This document shows positions 38,984 through 47,955 of a stretch of DNA of 64,000 bases, one piece after another. The notes under the pieces were generated by a model. That model was not told the origin of the DNA. It searched no databases and worked only from the letters and a program-made list of their open reading frames with translations. This DNA is from a virus (taxonomy: Duplodnaviria; Caudoviricetes), in IMG/VR virus record IMGVR_UViG_3300032247_000689, positions 1 through 64,000 of that record; one strand, written 5' to 3'. Position 1 is the first letter of the stretch. Every line of letters starts with the position of its first letter. A program made the translations under genes and the position numbers.

Positions 38984-39101
38984 TTAGTATTAAACGCAGG
39001 TACGGCTATCTCTCTCTTCCTAAAACCAATAAAAGAAAGTGAAAGGTCTTGACCGCCCTTAGCATGGAAAGGGTGTGCTTTAACGCCCAATACTATAGGG
39101 A

Positions 39102-39257
39102 TTAAATCTCTTCTTCGTCGTCCTCTTCTTCATCATCACAGAGGCAATCATCTCCACACTCTCCGCAATCGAAGCATTGGTCATCTTCCCACTCTTCAAG
39201 GTCATCTTCATCTTCAAGTTCAATCTCTTCAATATCAGGGGTTACTTCATCAGCCAC
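39102..39257 (-). CDS. Very acidic small protein with Cys cluster
   Basis: GTG start; D/E-rich; CFDCGECGDDCLC. Confidence 0.55.
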   Translation of the reverse strand: MADEVTPDIEEIELEDEDDLEEWEDDQCFDCGECGDDCLCDDEEEDDEEEI

Positions 39258-39261
39258 TCTC

Positions 39262-39549
39262 TTATGCCTCTCTCTTGAAGGATACTGTACCTGACCAAGA
39301 CATAGGCTTGCCTTTAACATCAAGGTCTGCGCCAGCAATCATCTTGCAACTCTTTCTAGTTGTCATGGCTTGGACTCTCTCTTTAACCCAACGCTTGCCA
39401 GCACTAGCGTTAGACCACGCTGTTTTTTCTACAACATAGCCTTCGTCAATTCCTTCATCTCTTACGCTAACGCTTGCTAACCATGCGCCACCCTTTTCAG
39501 GGTTCTTTTTTAGTGTTGCCTCGAATATAGCAGTTACTTTTCTAGCCAT
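39262..39549 (-). CDS. Hypothetical protein
   Basis: SD AAGGAG. Confidence 0.65.
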   Translation of the reverse strand: MARKVTAIFEATLKKNPEKGGAWLASVSVRDEGIDEGYVVEKTAWSNASAGKRWVKERVQAMTTRKSCKMIAGADLDVKGKPMSWSGTVSFKREA

Positions 39550-39961
39550 TGTTATTCTCCTTTGTGACCCAATAGTACGGCATATCAGGCAATACGTTTG
39601 GGAACTTGTCTGAGTAGTATTCAGGGTTCTTTCTTATTAAGTTGCTTTGGTGAGATAGGTGAAGCCGTCTCTCTCCTAACCATGACGGTAGGATTACTCT
39701 ACCATCATAGTTAAATCTCTCTAGCATATTATCCGTGTAGCCACGCGCGCTCCACTCTATGCACATCTCTCTCCCATACTCTTTAAGCGCGCTCTCATAG
39801 CCCGCCCACATGAGTACGGCAGGGTGGTTACGCCAGCCCTTTGTCTCTCCACGCAGGGCTCTTAATACTTGCCACGCTTCGACTCTCTGTTTACCTAGTC
39901 TCTTATAGTCCAGCACTTGCGCCGTCTCTCTGAAACTAGGATAGGGAAGGAAGGTCTGCAC
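39542..39961 (-). CDS. Pyrimidine-dimer DNA glycosylase-like protein (MSMEG_6728 family)
   Basis: MQTFLPY...LD.KRLGKQRVE...HPAV.MW...SHQSNL.RK. Confidence 0.85.
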   Translation of the reverse strand: MQTFLPYPSFRETAQVLDYKRLGKQRVEAWQVLRALRGETKGWRNHPAVLMWAGYESALKEYGREMCIEWSARGYTDNMLERFNYDGRVILPSWLGERRLHLSHQSNLIRKNPEYYSDKFPNVLPDMPYYWVTKENNNG

Positions 39962-40116
39962 GTTACGCCTCTAGGTATTGCACTATGACCCCAAGCGTTG
40001 TGTGTATAGCGCAATCACAATCGCTCTCTTTATGGTCGTTGAAAGAATTAAAGTGTTCTAAATTATCCTCATAGATTACGTCAATAAGTTCGTTTATTGT
40101 ATATAAATCACTCATC

Positions 40117-40557
40117 TTATCTCTCTCTCATACTGTTGAAGGCAATATCAACTGCGATATTAAACTTTATATCCATTTCCTCTGTCCACTCGATAGAGTT
40201 CATCTCTCCCCAGTTGATAAGGTTATGCTCATCTATGAAGTTATGAATCTCCAGCGCGGTATCCTCATTAACGGATAACATCTTACCTATCCACATGGTA
40301 AAGATATTCGTTTGGTGCGGTTTGCGTGTAGGCACTTCATAATCGTTGCAGATAGCGTCCACTAGGGCTACCCCTGCTATGTCTCTCTTGCTCCCCACAT
40401 AGGTAAGGCGCAATCCTGAATCGGATAGGGCTTGAAGTACAGTTATATATTCTATATCTACATTTATATCTTTGTTAAGTTTGATTAGTTCTTCTAGCCT
40501 TATACCTAGTACGCAAGCGTAATCCTTCTGCGCAGTAACCTTATCGTTGTCGTTCAT
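40117..40557 (-). CDS. Hypothetical protein
   Basis: SD AAGGAG. Confidence 0.6.
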   Translation of the reverse strand: MNDNDKVTAQKDYACVLGIRLEELIKLNKDINVDIEYITVLQALSDSGLRLTYVGSKRDIAGVALVDAICNDYEVPTRKPHQTNIFTMWIGKMLSVNEDTALEIHNFIDEHNLINWGEMNSIEWTEEMDIKFNIAVDIAFNSMRER

Positions 40558-40599
40558 ACTTCTCCTTCGATATTGGTCGAGTTACACTCGGCGCACTCA

Positions 40600-40725
40600 T
40601 TACATCTCATCTTTCTTATGCTTCCGTTTCCTAGTGTATCGCTTCTTATTCTTTATGGGGGTAGCGGAATTACTACGGCGTAACTCTAATAAACGGCGTA
40701 GTTCCTCTGCTGACTTCTTAAACAT
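40600..40725 (-). CDS. Small basic peptide (41 aa, missing from ORF track)
   Basis: MFKKSAEELRRLLELRRSNSATPIKNKKRYTRKRKHKKDEM; SD AAGGAAAG; TTGACT-N17-CACACT upstream. Confidence 0.6.
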   Translation of the reverse strand: MFKKSAEELRRLLELRRSNSATPIKNKKRYTRKRKHKKDEM

Positions 40726-41173
40726 CTTTCCTTATCCTTTGTTAGATAACCCTAGCGCGTACTACGTCCTTAGTGTGTCGAACGGTACGTTGCAAGTCAA
40801 TTCGCGTAATCGCGCTAGGGTTATTCTGTAACTCAATAGGTACTGCGCTTTCGTGTCTATCATTTACTCGATACTATGCTGGCGAAACTATACTGCTGGT
40901 TACGGCTATCATAGTTTTCACCGTAATCCGTCGCGTTGTTATGGAGTAAGACCCTGTTTCATAGGCTAGACCAATCCTATTAAGTAACTTTGCACCCCGT
41001 TAGGTACTGCGACACCATAGTTCACTCGAATCTATTACATAAACTCATTGGAACACTTTTGCTAATTGCCTATTGCCTTATTAAAGATAGCCCATGCCTA
41101 TCTCATTGGGGCTCACGTTCGCCATGTGGGGCTCTTGACCAATCCTAACGGGGAATCCTCTATGTAGTTTTAT

Positions 41174-41788
41174 TTACCAACTCGCTTGGTAGTGGTAATC
41201 GTACTCTCCCTCAATATCACTCGCAAGTATTGAGTTAATCGTCTCTGCTGTCTCTGCAAGTTCACGATAGTAATACTCGTCCTTATCGGTACTACCGAAA
41301 AAGAATCCTGATACGGGTGGGATAGGGTCATCGCCTTCATCAAGGATAACCCTACTCGAACGCGCTGTCTCTTTGGCAAACGCTTCCATAATAGATTTGA
41401 CCGTACTGTTCTCTGAACCCGAATCTATTGTATAAACTTCTGAATCTTGAGTAGGTACTGCCTTATGCCTATCCTGTAAGCCTACGACACACGCGTTACG
41501 CAACGCGATAAGGTCGTCTCTGCTCATTGAGATACGCTGGCACTCATCTACGCCGTTGGCGCAGTTGCGAACTATCCAACCGTGAATAGCGTTAGCCTTA
41601 CGCCAATACGCTACGCACTTAGTAACTCTAACGCTACCGTATTCTGCGGTCGGTATCGAGTTTAGACCCGACGCTTCGATAACATTATCGTATTCAAGAT
41701 TATCTTTGCGAGTCATTTCGCCATTAACGCTCTCGAAGTCATACGCGCTTATGTGCTTCTCTGCATATAGGTACATATCTAATCCCAT
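41174..41788 (-). CDS. Conserved phage hypothetical protein
   Basis: MGLDMY...YWRKANAIHGW...GFFFGS...YQASW. Confidence 0.75.
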   Translation of the reverse strand: MGLDMYLYAEKHISAYDFESVNGEMTRKDNLEYDNVIEASGLNSIPTAEYGSVRVTKCVAYWRKANAIHGWIVRNCANGVDECQRISMSRDDLIALRNACVVGLQDRHKAVPTQDSEVYTIDSGSENSTVKSIMEAFAKETARSSRVILDEGDDPIPPVSGFFFGSTDKDEYYYRELAETAETINSILASDIEGEYDYHYQASW

Positions 41789-41915
41789 TTGTGTTTTCCT
41801 TTATTGTCTAATTGTTCGACGTCGCACCATACGAAGCCGTCCTGATGTCTAGTTATCTGTCCTAATATGTCGAACCATTGTTCGTCCACTTCGGCAGTAA
41901 TTCTGAACGTGTCGG

Positions 41916-42110
41916 TCATAGGATTACCCTTCTGTTGTCCTCTAGGTAGAACATATAATCGAGCGCGGTCGTTATTAAATTGTTTAAGTTCGGTATATCT
42001 AACGCGGTATCCGCGCTATTTATTCCGTCCTGTAATCGAAGTAATACGTCCTTCATAAGTTTCGCGTAATCTACGGGAGACTCGTCGAAGGTAATCGTAT
42101 CCTTGTCCAT
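41916..42110 (-). CDS. Hypothetical protein
   Basis: SD AAGGAG. Confidence 0.55.
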   Translation of the reverse strand: MDKDTITFDESPVDYAKLMKDVLLRLQDGINSADTALDIPNLNNLITTALDYMFYLEDNRRVIL

Positions 42111-42222
42111 TAGAACTCCTTACTGTTGTAGGTATATCCGCTAACCTTATTTGAGTTATGGATAATAGCAAGCGTTACGGCTACCGTGTATAGGGCTAGT
42201 ACGCCTAGCCCTATCGCGGTAA

Positions 42223-44091
42223 TCATGCGACCCTGTTTGTGTTGAGCGTGGATTTGACTAGGCTCTGCGCCACTTCAAGAACGTCCTTTGGCTCGGCAAC
42301 CGCGTGAAAGATACTCGCGCCATGATTTATACGCTTGATAGTGCTTCGCGCAGACTCGCCATAATCATCTCCGAGACGGCTCTGCTCTAATAATTCTTGG
42401 TAATACTTATATCCACCTAAGAATACTACGCAAGTGATGAAGCCCTTATCGTTTAAGGATTTAATAATCGCGTTGCAATCATCGTCCATATCCCACTCGC
42501 CGTCGGTAACTATGAAGGCTAACTTTATCGAACGCTTGCTCATAGTGAGAATACGCTCTGCTTCAATTAAGCCACGAATAGGATTAGTGCTACCCGAAGC
42601 GTGGAGATAACGATAGGTACTAGGCTTAGCCTTGTCCTTCTTGTCATAGATAAGGCTACTCTCATGGTTGAAAGATATAGTAGTCACGTTGCCGTTGATA
42701 CCTTCGATACCGCGCTTGATAATCCACGCGTTCTCCATGACCGAGCGCATGAGCCCACCCATACTGCTACTGTGGTCGGTTAAGATTACCGCTTCAATAT
42801 CTGTATTAGGGTTACCCGTATCCCATTGGTCGAACATGGTACGGATAGAGTTCACGTTAGGGCTCATGGTACGGGTGATATTTAACTTACCGCGCGCGTT
42901 AAACTTATCCCACTTAGGGTCGCCGTTGCGAACGATACGCTCTAATTCTTGACCGAAGCGACGGGCAATCGAGCGCGCTGACTCTGATACGCTCATCTCT
43001 GAACATGATACCTGCTTAACCGCACCGCGTACTTCGTCGCTATTAAGGATAGCCTTACGCGTTTCATTGACTTCGCGCTTGATAGTTTCGTTTTCCTTGA
43101 TAGCCTTCATGCGGTTATTGAGTAACTTAGAGATAGCCTTATCTTTATCGTCGAACTCTACGTCCGCGCCTTCGTAAGTGCCGTCTCCACCCACGCCGAC
43201 ATTAGGATTATTACCGATAGTTTCGATAGGGTTATCCTTGTTCATGCGAGCGTTGCGTTCTTGTAAGCGTTCTTGCTCTGCGTTCTTTGCAGGACGACCC
43301 TTTACAGGGAACTCGCAACCGCCATGTGGGGGTAGGTGAATCTCACCCTGTTGCTCATCTAAGCCGACAATCTCTGCCATGCGAGCGATAAGCACCTTAG
43401 CCTTATCGAAGTCGGCAGGGAATACCAATACGCGATAGGCGTGGATAAGTGTGTGTAGTTCTTGCGCTAAGGCTACGCCATGAGTAGCGATAAACTCATC
43501 TGCAACCGCTTGGCGTACTTCGATAGGTAGATAGGTGCGACCCGTAATAATATGGAAGTAATTGCCAATCGTATCTTGATTATCGAGTAGGTACTGCGTG
43601 GTCGCGCTCTCTAGGAATAGTCGAGTCACGGGATATTTAGCCACTAGTAACGCTTCCGCGCGCGCTTCCTCTAGGATATAGGTTGCGCGACGGTACTTAT
43701 TATCCTTGACATATTGGATAAGGTTACTTCCTGCGCGTGGCGAGAATAGAACGTGAGCGACTTCGTGGTAGTTGAGCCCGTGAAGGTGCATGATATTATC
43801 TTGAGATACATCTGCAATAAGGTTATCGTTAAATATAATCTCGCGACCGTTGCTCATAGCATTAGTTTCCATAGACGGGTCATTAACTACCGATACGGTT
43901 AGTTCAGAGTCGCCCGTGATAATTCTATCGGCGCGCTGATATACCGCGCTGATAGCGTTAAGGCGGTTAGCCCTATCCTGATAGTCGGCGAGAATATTCT
44001 CTCTAGTGCGACCGAACTCGTCGGTCGCACCCCACCGTAAGTCTCCGCTTTCTAGGGCAGAGAGTTCATCGTTGTATCTAGCCCTAGCCAC
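42223..44091 (-). CDS. vWA-domain protein with N-terminal HExxH motif (CobT-like)
   Basis: YHEVAH; MIDAS DHSSSM, GSTNP, VTDGE. Confidence 0.82.
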   Translation of the reverse strand: MARARYNDELSALESGDLRWGATDEFGRTRENILADYQDRANRLNAISAVYQRADRIITGDSELTVSVVNDPSMETNAMSNGREIIFNDNLIADVSQDNIMHLHGLNYHEVAHVLFSPRAGSNLIQYVKDNKYRRATYILEEARAEALLVAKYPVTRLFLESATTQYLLDNQDTIGNYFHIITGRTYLPIEVRQAVADEFIATHGVALAQELHTLIHAYRVLVFPADFDKAKVLIARMAEIVGLDEQQGEIHLPPHGGCEFPVKGRPAKNAEQERLQERNARMNKDNPIETIGNNPNVGVGGDGTYEGADVEFDDKDKAISKLLNNRMKAIKENETIKREVNETRKAILNSDEVRGAVKQVSCSEMSVSESARSIARRFGQELERIVRNGDPKWDKFNARGKLNITRTMSPNVNSIRTMFDQWDTGNPNTDIEAVILTDHSSSMGGLMRSVMENAWIIKRGIEGINGNVTTISFNHESSLIYDKKDKAKPSTYRYLHASGSTNPIRGLIEAERILTMSKRSIKLAFIVTDGEWDMDDDCNAIIKSLNDKGFITCVVFLGGYKYYQELLEQSRLGDDYGESARSTIKRINHGASIFHAVAEPKDVLEVAQSLVKSTLNTNRVA

Positions 44092-44968
44092 GAAGCACCT
44101 CATTGAAGTAGTTCATATCTGCTTGGCGGTATCCCATAGACTCTAGGATATTGTCCTTATGTGTATCACACGCTAGGCGTACCCCACCGCGCTCCTCACG
44201 GTTGAAGCCATTAACGAAGGACATAATTGCGAAGTCCACGTCGAAGTTGCGAGCGTTATTTATGAAGGCAACGAGCGAACGGGTTGAGATAGGGGTAGAT
44301 AACTCCTCTTTAGCGTATTGCTCGCGAAGTTGGTCGGCTAGGATTAGAAGTGCTTTATTACCGACTACCTTGTTCTCGATAGCCCTATCGTAAGGGAACT
44401 CCAACTTAATATGGAAGCGGTCATTGAAGGCTTGGTTGAGTTCTTGTGTGCCTTTATAGCCATAGTTCATATCGGCTACGATTAGTAAGTCCTTATGCGC
44501 CTTGATTACTTCGCCACCGTTCTCCAATAGTTGAATCTCACGGCGGTAATCGAGAAGTGAGAATAGGACGGTAGAGACACGGGTAGGGAGAAAGTTCACC
44601 TCATTGAGAAGTAATACGCCACCATGTCGGACGATTTGGGTAACTGCACCGTCCTGCCAACGATAACCCTGTCCGTCTGCGCGTGGAATCCATGCGCCGA
44701 ATAGTTGAGAAGGGTCGATAGCATTAGAGTTCGATACATTGAAGTAACGCATACCCTTAGCCGAAGCATAACTCTGAACGGCGATAGTCTTACCGCTACC
44801 TGCTTCACCTTCGATAAGGATATTAGTGCCGTCGGCAAGCGCGCGGTCAAAGATTTCCCACTCGGTTTTACGTCCGAAGTGGCGGTTGATATACCCGTGA
44901 GATAGAGATATATCGGGTACTGTAATCATGGAGTAGGTCATATCCTGCTCATTGGTCGTTGTATTCAT
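44084..44968 (-). CDS. MoxR/CobS-like AAA+ ATPase
   Basis: GEAGSGKT, LLNEVN, N.GY.G...LNQAFNDRF; SD GGAAGG supports ATG at 44968. Confidence 0.88.
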   Translation of the reverse strand: MNTTTNEQDMTYSMITVPDISLSHGYINRHFGRKTEWEIFDRALADGTNILIEGEAGSGKTIAVQSYASAKGMRYFNVSNSNAIDPSQLFGAWIPRADGQGYRWQDGAVTQIVRHGGVLLLNEVNFLPTRVSTVLFSLLDYRREIQLLENGGEVIKAHKDLLIVADMNYGYKGTQELNQAFNDRFHIKLEFPYDRAIENKVVGNKALLILADQLREQYAKEELSTPISTRSLVAFINNARNFDVDFAIMSFVNGFNREERGGVRLACDTHKDNILESMGYRQADMNYFNEVLRG

Positions 44969-45020
44969 TGTGCCTTCCTGTGCGCCATTGGCGCGGTTAT
45001 GGGTTTGCCTTACATAGAGA

Positions 45021-45049
45021 AAGATAGGGGAAGGGATAGGTATAGGCAA
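45021..45049 (-). promoter_or_regulatory. SigA-type promoter for AAA/vWA operon
   Basis: TTGCCT-N17-TATCTT on minus strand. Confidence 0.6.
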
Positions 45050-45311
45050 CTTCCTACTACGCGTGGAGTATAACGATTTGATAACGATTTCCTGCTCTCT
45101 CTGCCTCTCTTATCCGATAACTCTCCCCAACCGATAGCCCTAGACGTGGCTGTATCGCCATGCTCTCTCCACTACCATAGGTAGTAGCCGAAAGTCAATA
45201 GCGGAAAGGTGTGTTCTCTCTCACTCTCTAAGGTTAGCGGGCTCTCTCGCCTCTCTCGCGCAAAATTGTTATGAAATCGTTATAAATCTCTCGGCGTGTC
45301 GATTTGACAGA

Positions 45312-45427
45312 GTTTGTGTTGGTTAATAGCTAGCTATTAACCAATTAACAATAAGCCTAAGCTTATTGTTAACGGGGTTTAAGGGGTGTCCCCTGATAGG
45401 GTTATGGGTGGGTGGGTCAACACAAAC
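45312..45427. repeat. Branched palindrome element A (divergent copy)
   Basis: GTTTGTGTTG...CAACACAAAC enclosing a 26-bp perfect palindrome (45319-45344) and a 12-bp hairpin (45345-45372). Confidence 0.7.
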
Positions 45428-45440
45428 ATTTCGCGCCCAA

Positions 45441-45456
45441 TGTTTCACGTGAAACG
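45441..45456. promoter_or_regulatory. parS-like site
   Basis: TGTTTCACGTGAAACG: 15/16 match to TGTTTCACGTGAAACA, perfect 14-bp core, intergenic. Confidence 0.75.
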
Positions 45457-45545
45457 GTGATAGCCCTAGCGCGCTAGGCACTAGGGCTATCGTTACCCTG
45501 TTTCCGAAAGGTTAGAAACTCAACAGGGCGCTAGGGGTAGACGAC

Positions 45546-46115
45546 CTACTCCCCCTTATCCCCGCGAATTACTCCGCGAAGGACATCTAATATGTTAGAG
45601 GGGAAATCGGTTGGTACTGCCCCTGATTCAGTAAGGAGTTCAAGTGGGTCGTATTCACCTGAAAGTATCTTGTATGGGTCTAACTTAGAGAACTTATCCA
45701 CCTTGCAGTTACTACGAAGGAAGGCTGTCGCTAGGTCAGGTGCTTCCATCTCGAATTGGGAGATAAACCTACCCAATACGCCCATAGTAGAGAATAACTC
45801 CGCCGCATGACCGCAAGCCCATAGGATATTGCAAGCGATAGCGAGGGCGTACATATCGTCCTCGTTAGGCTTATCGTTCTGTATTACATTGGTAATCGCA
45901 GAGTTGGCTAGGGTTACGCTCATTTTTTGACGGAACTCGAAGTCACCCTTGAGTGTTTGGCAAATAATTGCCGAATAGAGTTCAGGTTCGTGAAGGTCAC
46001 GGGTAAGGTTAGGGAACAACGGGTCAATGTTGTCCCCTTCCTCAATATCCTGCGCGTCAGGCAAGAGGTTAATAGTGGCGATAATCTCGTTAAAACGATA
46101 CTTGAGGTCGCTCAT
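45546..46115 (-). CDS. Hypothetical protein
   Basis: Coupled ORF. Confidence 0.65.
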   Translation of the reverse strand: MSDLKYRFNEIIATINLLPDAQDIEEGDNIDPLFPNLTRDLHEPELYSAIICQTLKGDFEFRQKMSVTLANSAITNVIQNDKPNEDDMYALAIACNILWACGHAAELFSTMGVLGRFISQFEMEAPDLATAFLRSNCKVDKFSKLDPYKILSGEYDPLELLTESGAVPTDFPSNILDVLRGVIRGDKGE

Positions 46116-46603
46116 TGCTCGCTCACATCTGTATCGAAGTCAGAGTCATCTAACTCCCAAGAGTCGATGTCAATATCGTAACTACCTGACTCGCCCTTGT
46201 AGGAGATTGTCACGCTAATACTAGCCTCGATGTCAGCGTCCTCTAGGACTATTTCACCTGCGCGTTCCTCGTTCTCGGCTTCTACGTCCTCGAACTCGGC
46301 AACTGTGTACCCCTTGTAATTAACGGCAACTGTGAACTTGCGCATTAGGGTTTCAATGTTATCCCAACCTAAGCGGTCAGCGATAGTGTTATAGGTCTCG
46401 ATGGCTTCATCGTTGGTAAGTGTGCCGTTGTCGGCTAGGTCGCGGAGTGCGCCAAGAACGCCCTCTGCGTGTGTGGCGTTAAGGTTGTCCTTAGCGCGCT
46501 GGATACGAAGGTCTACATCTGCGTAGGCTTCGTTTACTGCCTTAGTTGTCTGTGCTACCACATCATCTGCGGTAAAGAACAACTGTGTCTGTTCGTATGA
46601 CAT
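46112..46603 (-). CDS. Acidic hypothetical protein
   Basis: SD AGGAAG; own promoter. Confidence 0.7.
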   Translation of the reverse strand: MSYEQTQLFFTADDVVAQTTKAVNEAYADVDLRIQRAKDNLNATHAEGVLGALRDLADNGTLTNDEAIETYNTIADRLGWDNIETLMRKFTVAVNYKGYTVAEFEDVEAENEERAGEIVLEDADIEASISVTISYKGESGSYDIDIDSWELDDSDFDTDVSEQ

Positions 46604-46647
46604 TTGTACTGCTTCCTGTGGGTGGTCGTTATCCCACTACCTGATTT

Positions 46648-46736
46648 AACCATACTCTCCCCCTCTCTATTCCAACTCTTTTATAACGATTTGATAACGA
46701 AAAGATAACATTTCGTTATTCTCAGCCAACTCTCAG
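46648..46736 (-). promoter_or_regulatory. Cassette promoter: GGAAT-N18-GTT, ATAAC array, TCTCAG-N5-TCTCAG
   Basis: Promoter 46648-46673; ATAAC at 46683/46694/46705, GTTAT 46715; TCTCAG 46720/46731. Confidence 0.75.
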
Positions 46737-46746
46737 GAATCTCCCA

Positions 46747-46833
46747 TGTTTGTGTTGGTTTATTAGCAAAATATGACGTGTCATATTTTGCAGACATAGC
46801 TGCTATGTCTGCGCTAATAAACCAACACAAACA
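46747..46833. repeat. T-shaped three-way-junction palindrome B
   Basis: 21-bp stem plus 10-bp and 11-bp arms, all Watson-Crick. Confidence 0.95.
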
Positions 46834-46834
46834 A

Positions 46835-46864
46835 TAAGCCTAGCGGGGGAAGCCGCTAGGCTTA
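46835..46864 (-). terminator. Intrinsic terminator
   Basis: TAAGCCTAGCGG-N6-CCGCTAGGCTTA; T-rich tail on minus strand. Confidence 0.75.
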
Positions 46865-46872
46865 CTGCTGAC

Positions 46873-47250
46873 TTATGAAAAGGATACGAACCCTGGCGCG
46901 TTGGTATTCCATATTTGGCTATCGTATTTGAGGAAGTAATCTACTTGCTCATCGGATAATCCTAGTGTGTAGCCCTCATCATCTGCGCCACCTGTGATAA
47001 TGACATCGCCCATGATTACATCTGACATATCGTACATATCAACCCATAGCGCGGTTGCGGTTGGGTTTTGAGTTAGCCCGCTAAACTTTCCGTTCTCGTT
47101 GAGCCACATATCAGGTTGGCTAGGCTTATCGTGTAGAGAGACACACTCAATCATGCCACCTACGGCTTCAGATAGAACTTCGTAACAGGTATCGTTGGTG
47201 AACTCAACCACAGACTTCTCACCTGTGGTCGTAATCTTAATTGCTTTCAT
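46873..47250 (-). CDS. DUF3846-like protein
   Basis: VGGMIECV...MWLNENGK....N..AT...GDVIITGG.D.EG. Confidence 0.75.
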   Translation of the reverse strand: MKAIKITTTGEKSVVEFTNDTCYEVLSEAVGGMIECVSLHDKPSQPDMWLNENGKFSGLTQNPTATALWVDMYDMSDVIMGDVIITGGADDEGYTLGLSDEQVDYFLKYDSQIWNTNAPGFVSFS

Positions 47251-47398
47251 CGGGTTTCCTTTCGGTCGGGGTGTGGGGTGGATAGCCCTAGACTTGGCTC
47301 TAGGGCTATCCTGCAACCTGCTGACCCGTAGCGGTTGCGAGATAGGCAATTACGGCTTGTACTGGCTCGGATAGCCTATCCCAAACTTAATGCGGGTC

Positions 47399-47704
47399 TT
47401 ACTTCTTTACTCCAAGAGTTTTGCGGAGATTCTTAATGCGCTCATAGAGAGTGCCTTCGGATACTCCTAGTGATTCAGCCATAAGGCTAATAGGTAGCCC
47501 TGCCTTGTGTGCTTGCCATGTAATGGCGTCGCGGTTGATGATGGCTTCCTTAAGAGCCACATCTGCTTCAACTAGGCTTTGGCAGAACTGTGCTTTCTGC
47601 TCTAGGCTTAGTTTTGACTTGCGGTACTTGCGCGTAGGTGCTTTACCTGTCGCGCGCGCTGTACGGATACGCTCCTTCAGCGCGTCTATGTCCTTGTGTG
47701 ACAT
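47399..47704 (-). CDS. HTH DNA-binding protein
   Basis: GLPISLMAESLGVSEGTLYERI. Confidence 0.75.
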   Translation of the reverse strand: MSHKDIDALKERIRTARATGKAPTRKYRKSKLSLEQKAQFCQSLVEADVALKEAIINRDAITWQAHKAGLPISLMAESLGVSEGTLYERIKNLRKTLGVKK

Positions 47705-47745
47705 ATATTCTCTTTCCGTGAGGGGTCGTTCTCACTATCTAATAG

Positions 47746-47817
47746 AACCACACCTCTGCGGATTCTCTTTCACTTTTTTGATAACGATTCGGTAACAATC
47801 TCATAACGAAATGTTAT
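47746..47817 (-). promoter_or_regulatory. Cassette promoter (variant GAAAG-N18-GTT) with ATAAC array
   Basis: ATAAC 47781, GTAAC 47792, ATAAC 47803, GTTAT 47813. Confidence 0.65.
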
Positions 47818-47820
47818 AAA

Positions 47821-47911
47821 TGTTTGTGTTGGGGTTTATATGCAAAAAATAACGTGTTATTTTTTGCAGACATGGCTTCCATGTCTGCGCATATAAACCC
47901 CAACACAAACA
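47821..47911. repeat. T-shaped three-way-junction palindrome C
   Basis: 23-bp stem plus two 10-bp arms, all Watson-Crick. Confidence 0.95.
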
Positions 47912-47914
47912 AGA

Positions 47915-47940
47915 CAGCCCCAGCCTTTCGGCTGGGGCTG
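47915..47940 (-). terminator. Intrinsic terminator
   Basis: CAGCCCCAGCC-TTTC-GGCTGGGGCTG (GAAA loop on minus strand). Confidence 0.8.
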
Positions 47941-47955
47941 CTTTATAACGTTTCG

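Noticed and set aside
41871-41884. CGAAC-CATT-GTTCG LexA (SOS) box
   Set aside because: Single copy inside a probable small ORF, with no promoter seen overlapping it; plausibly chance.
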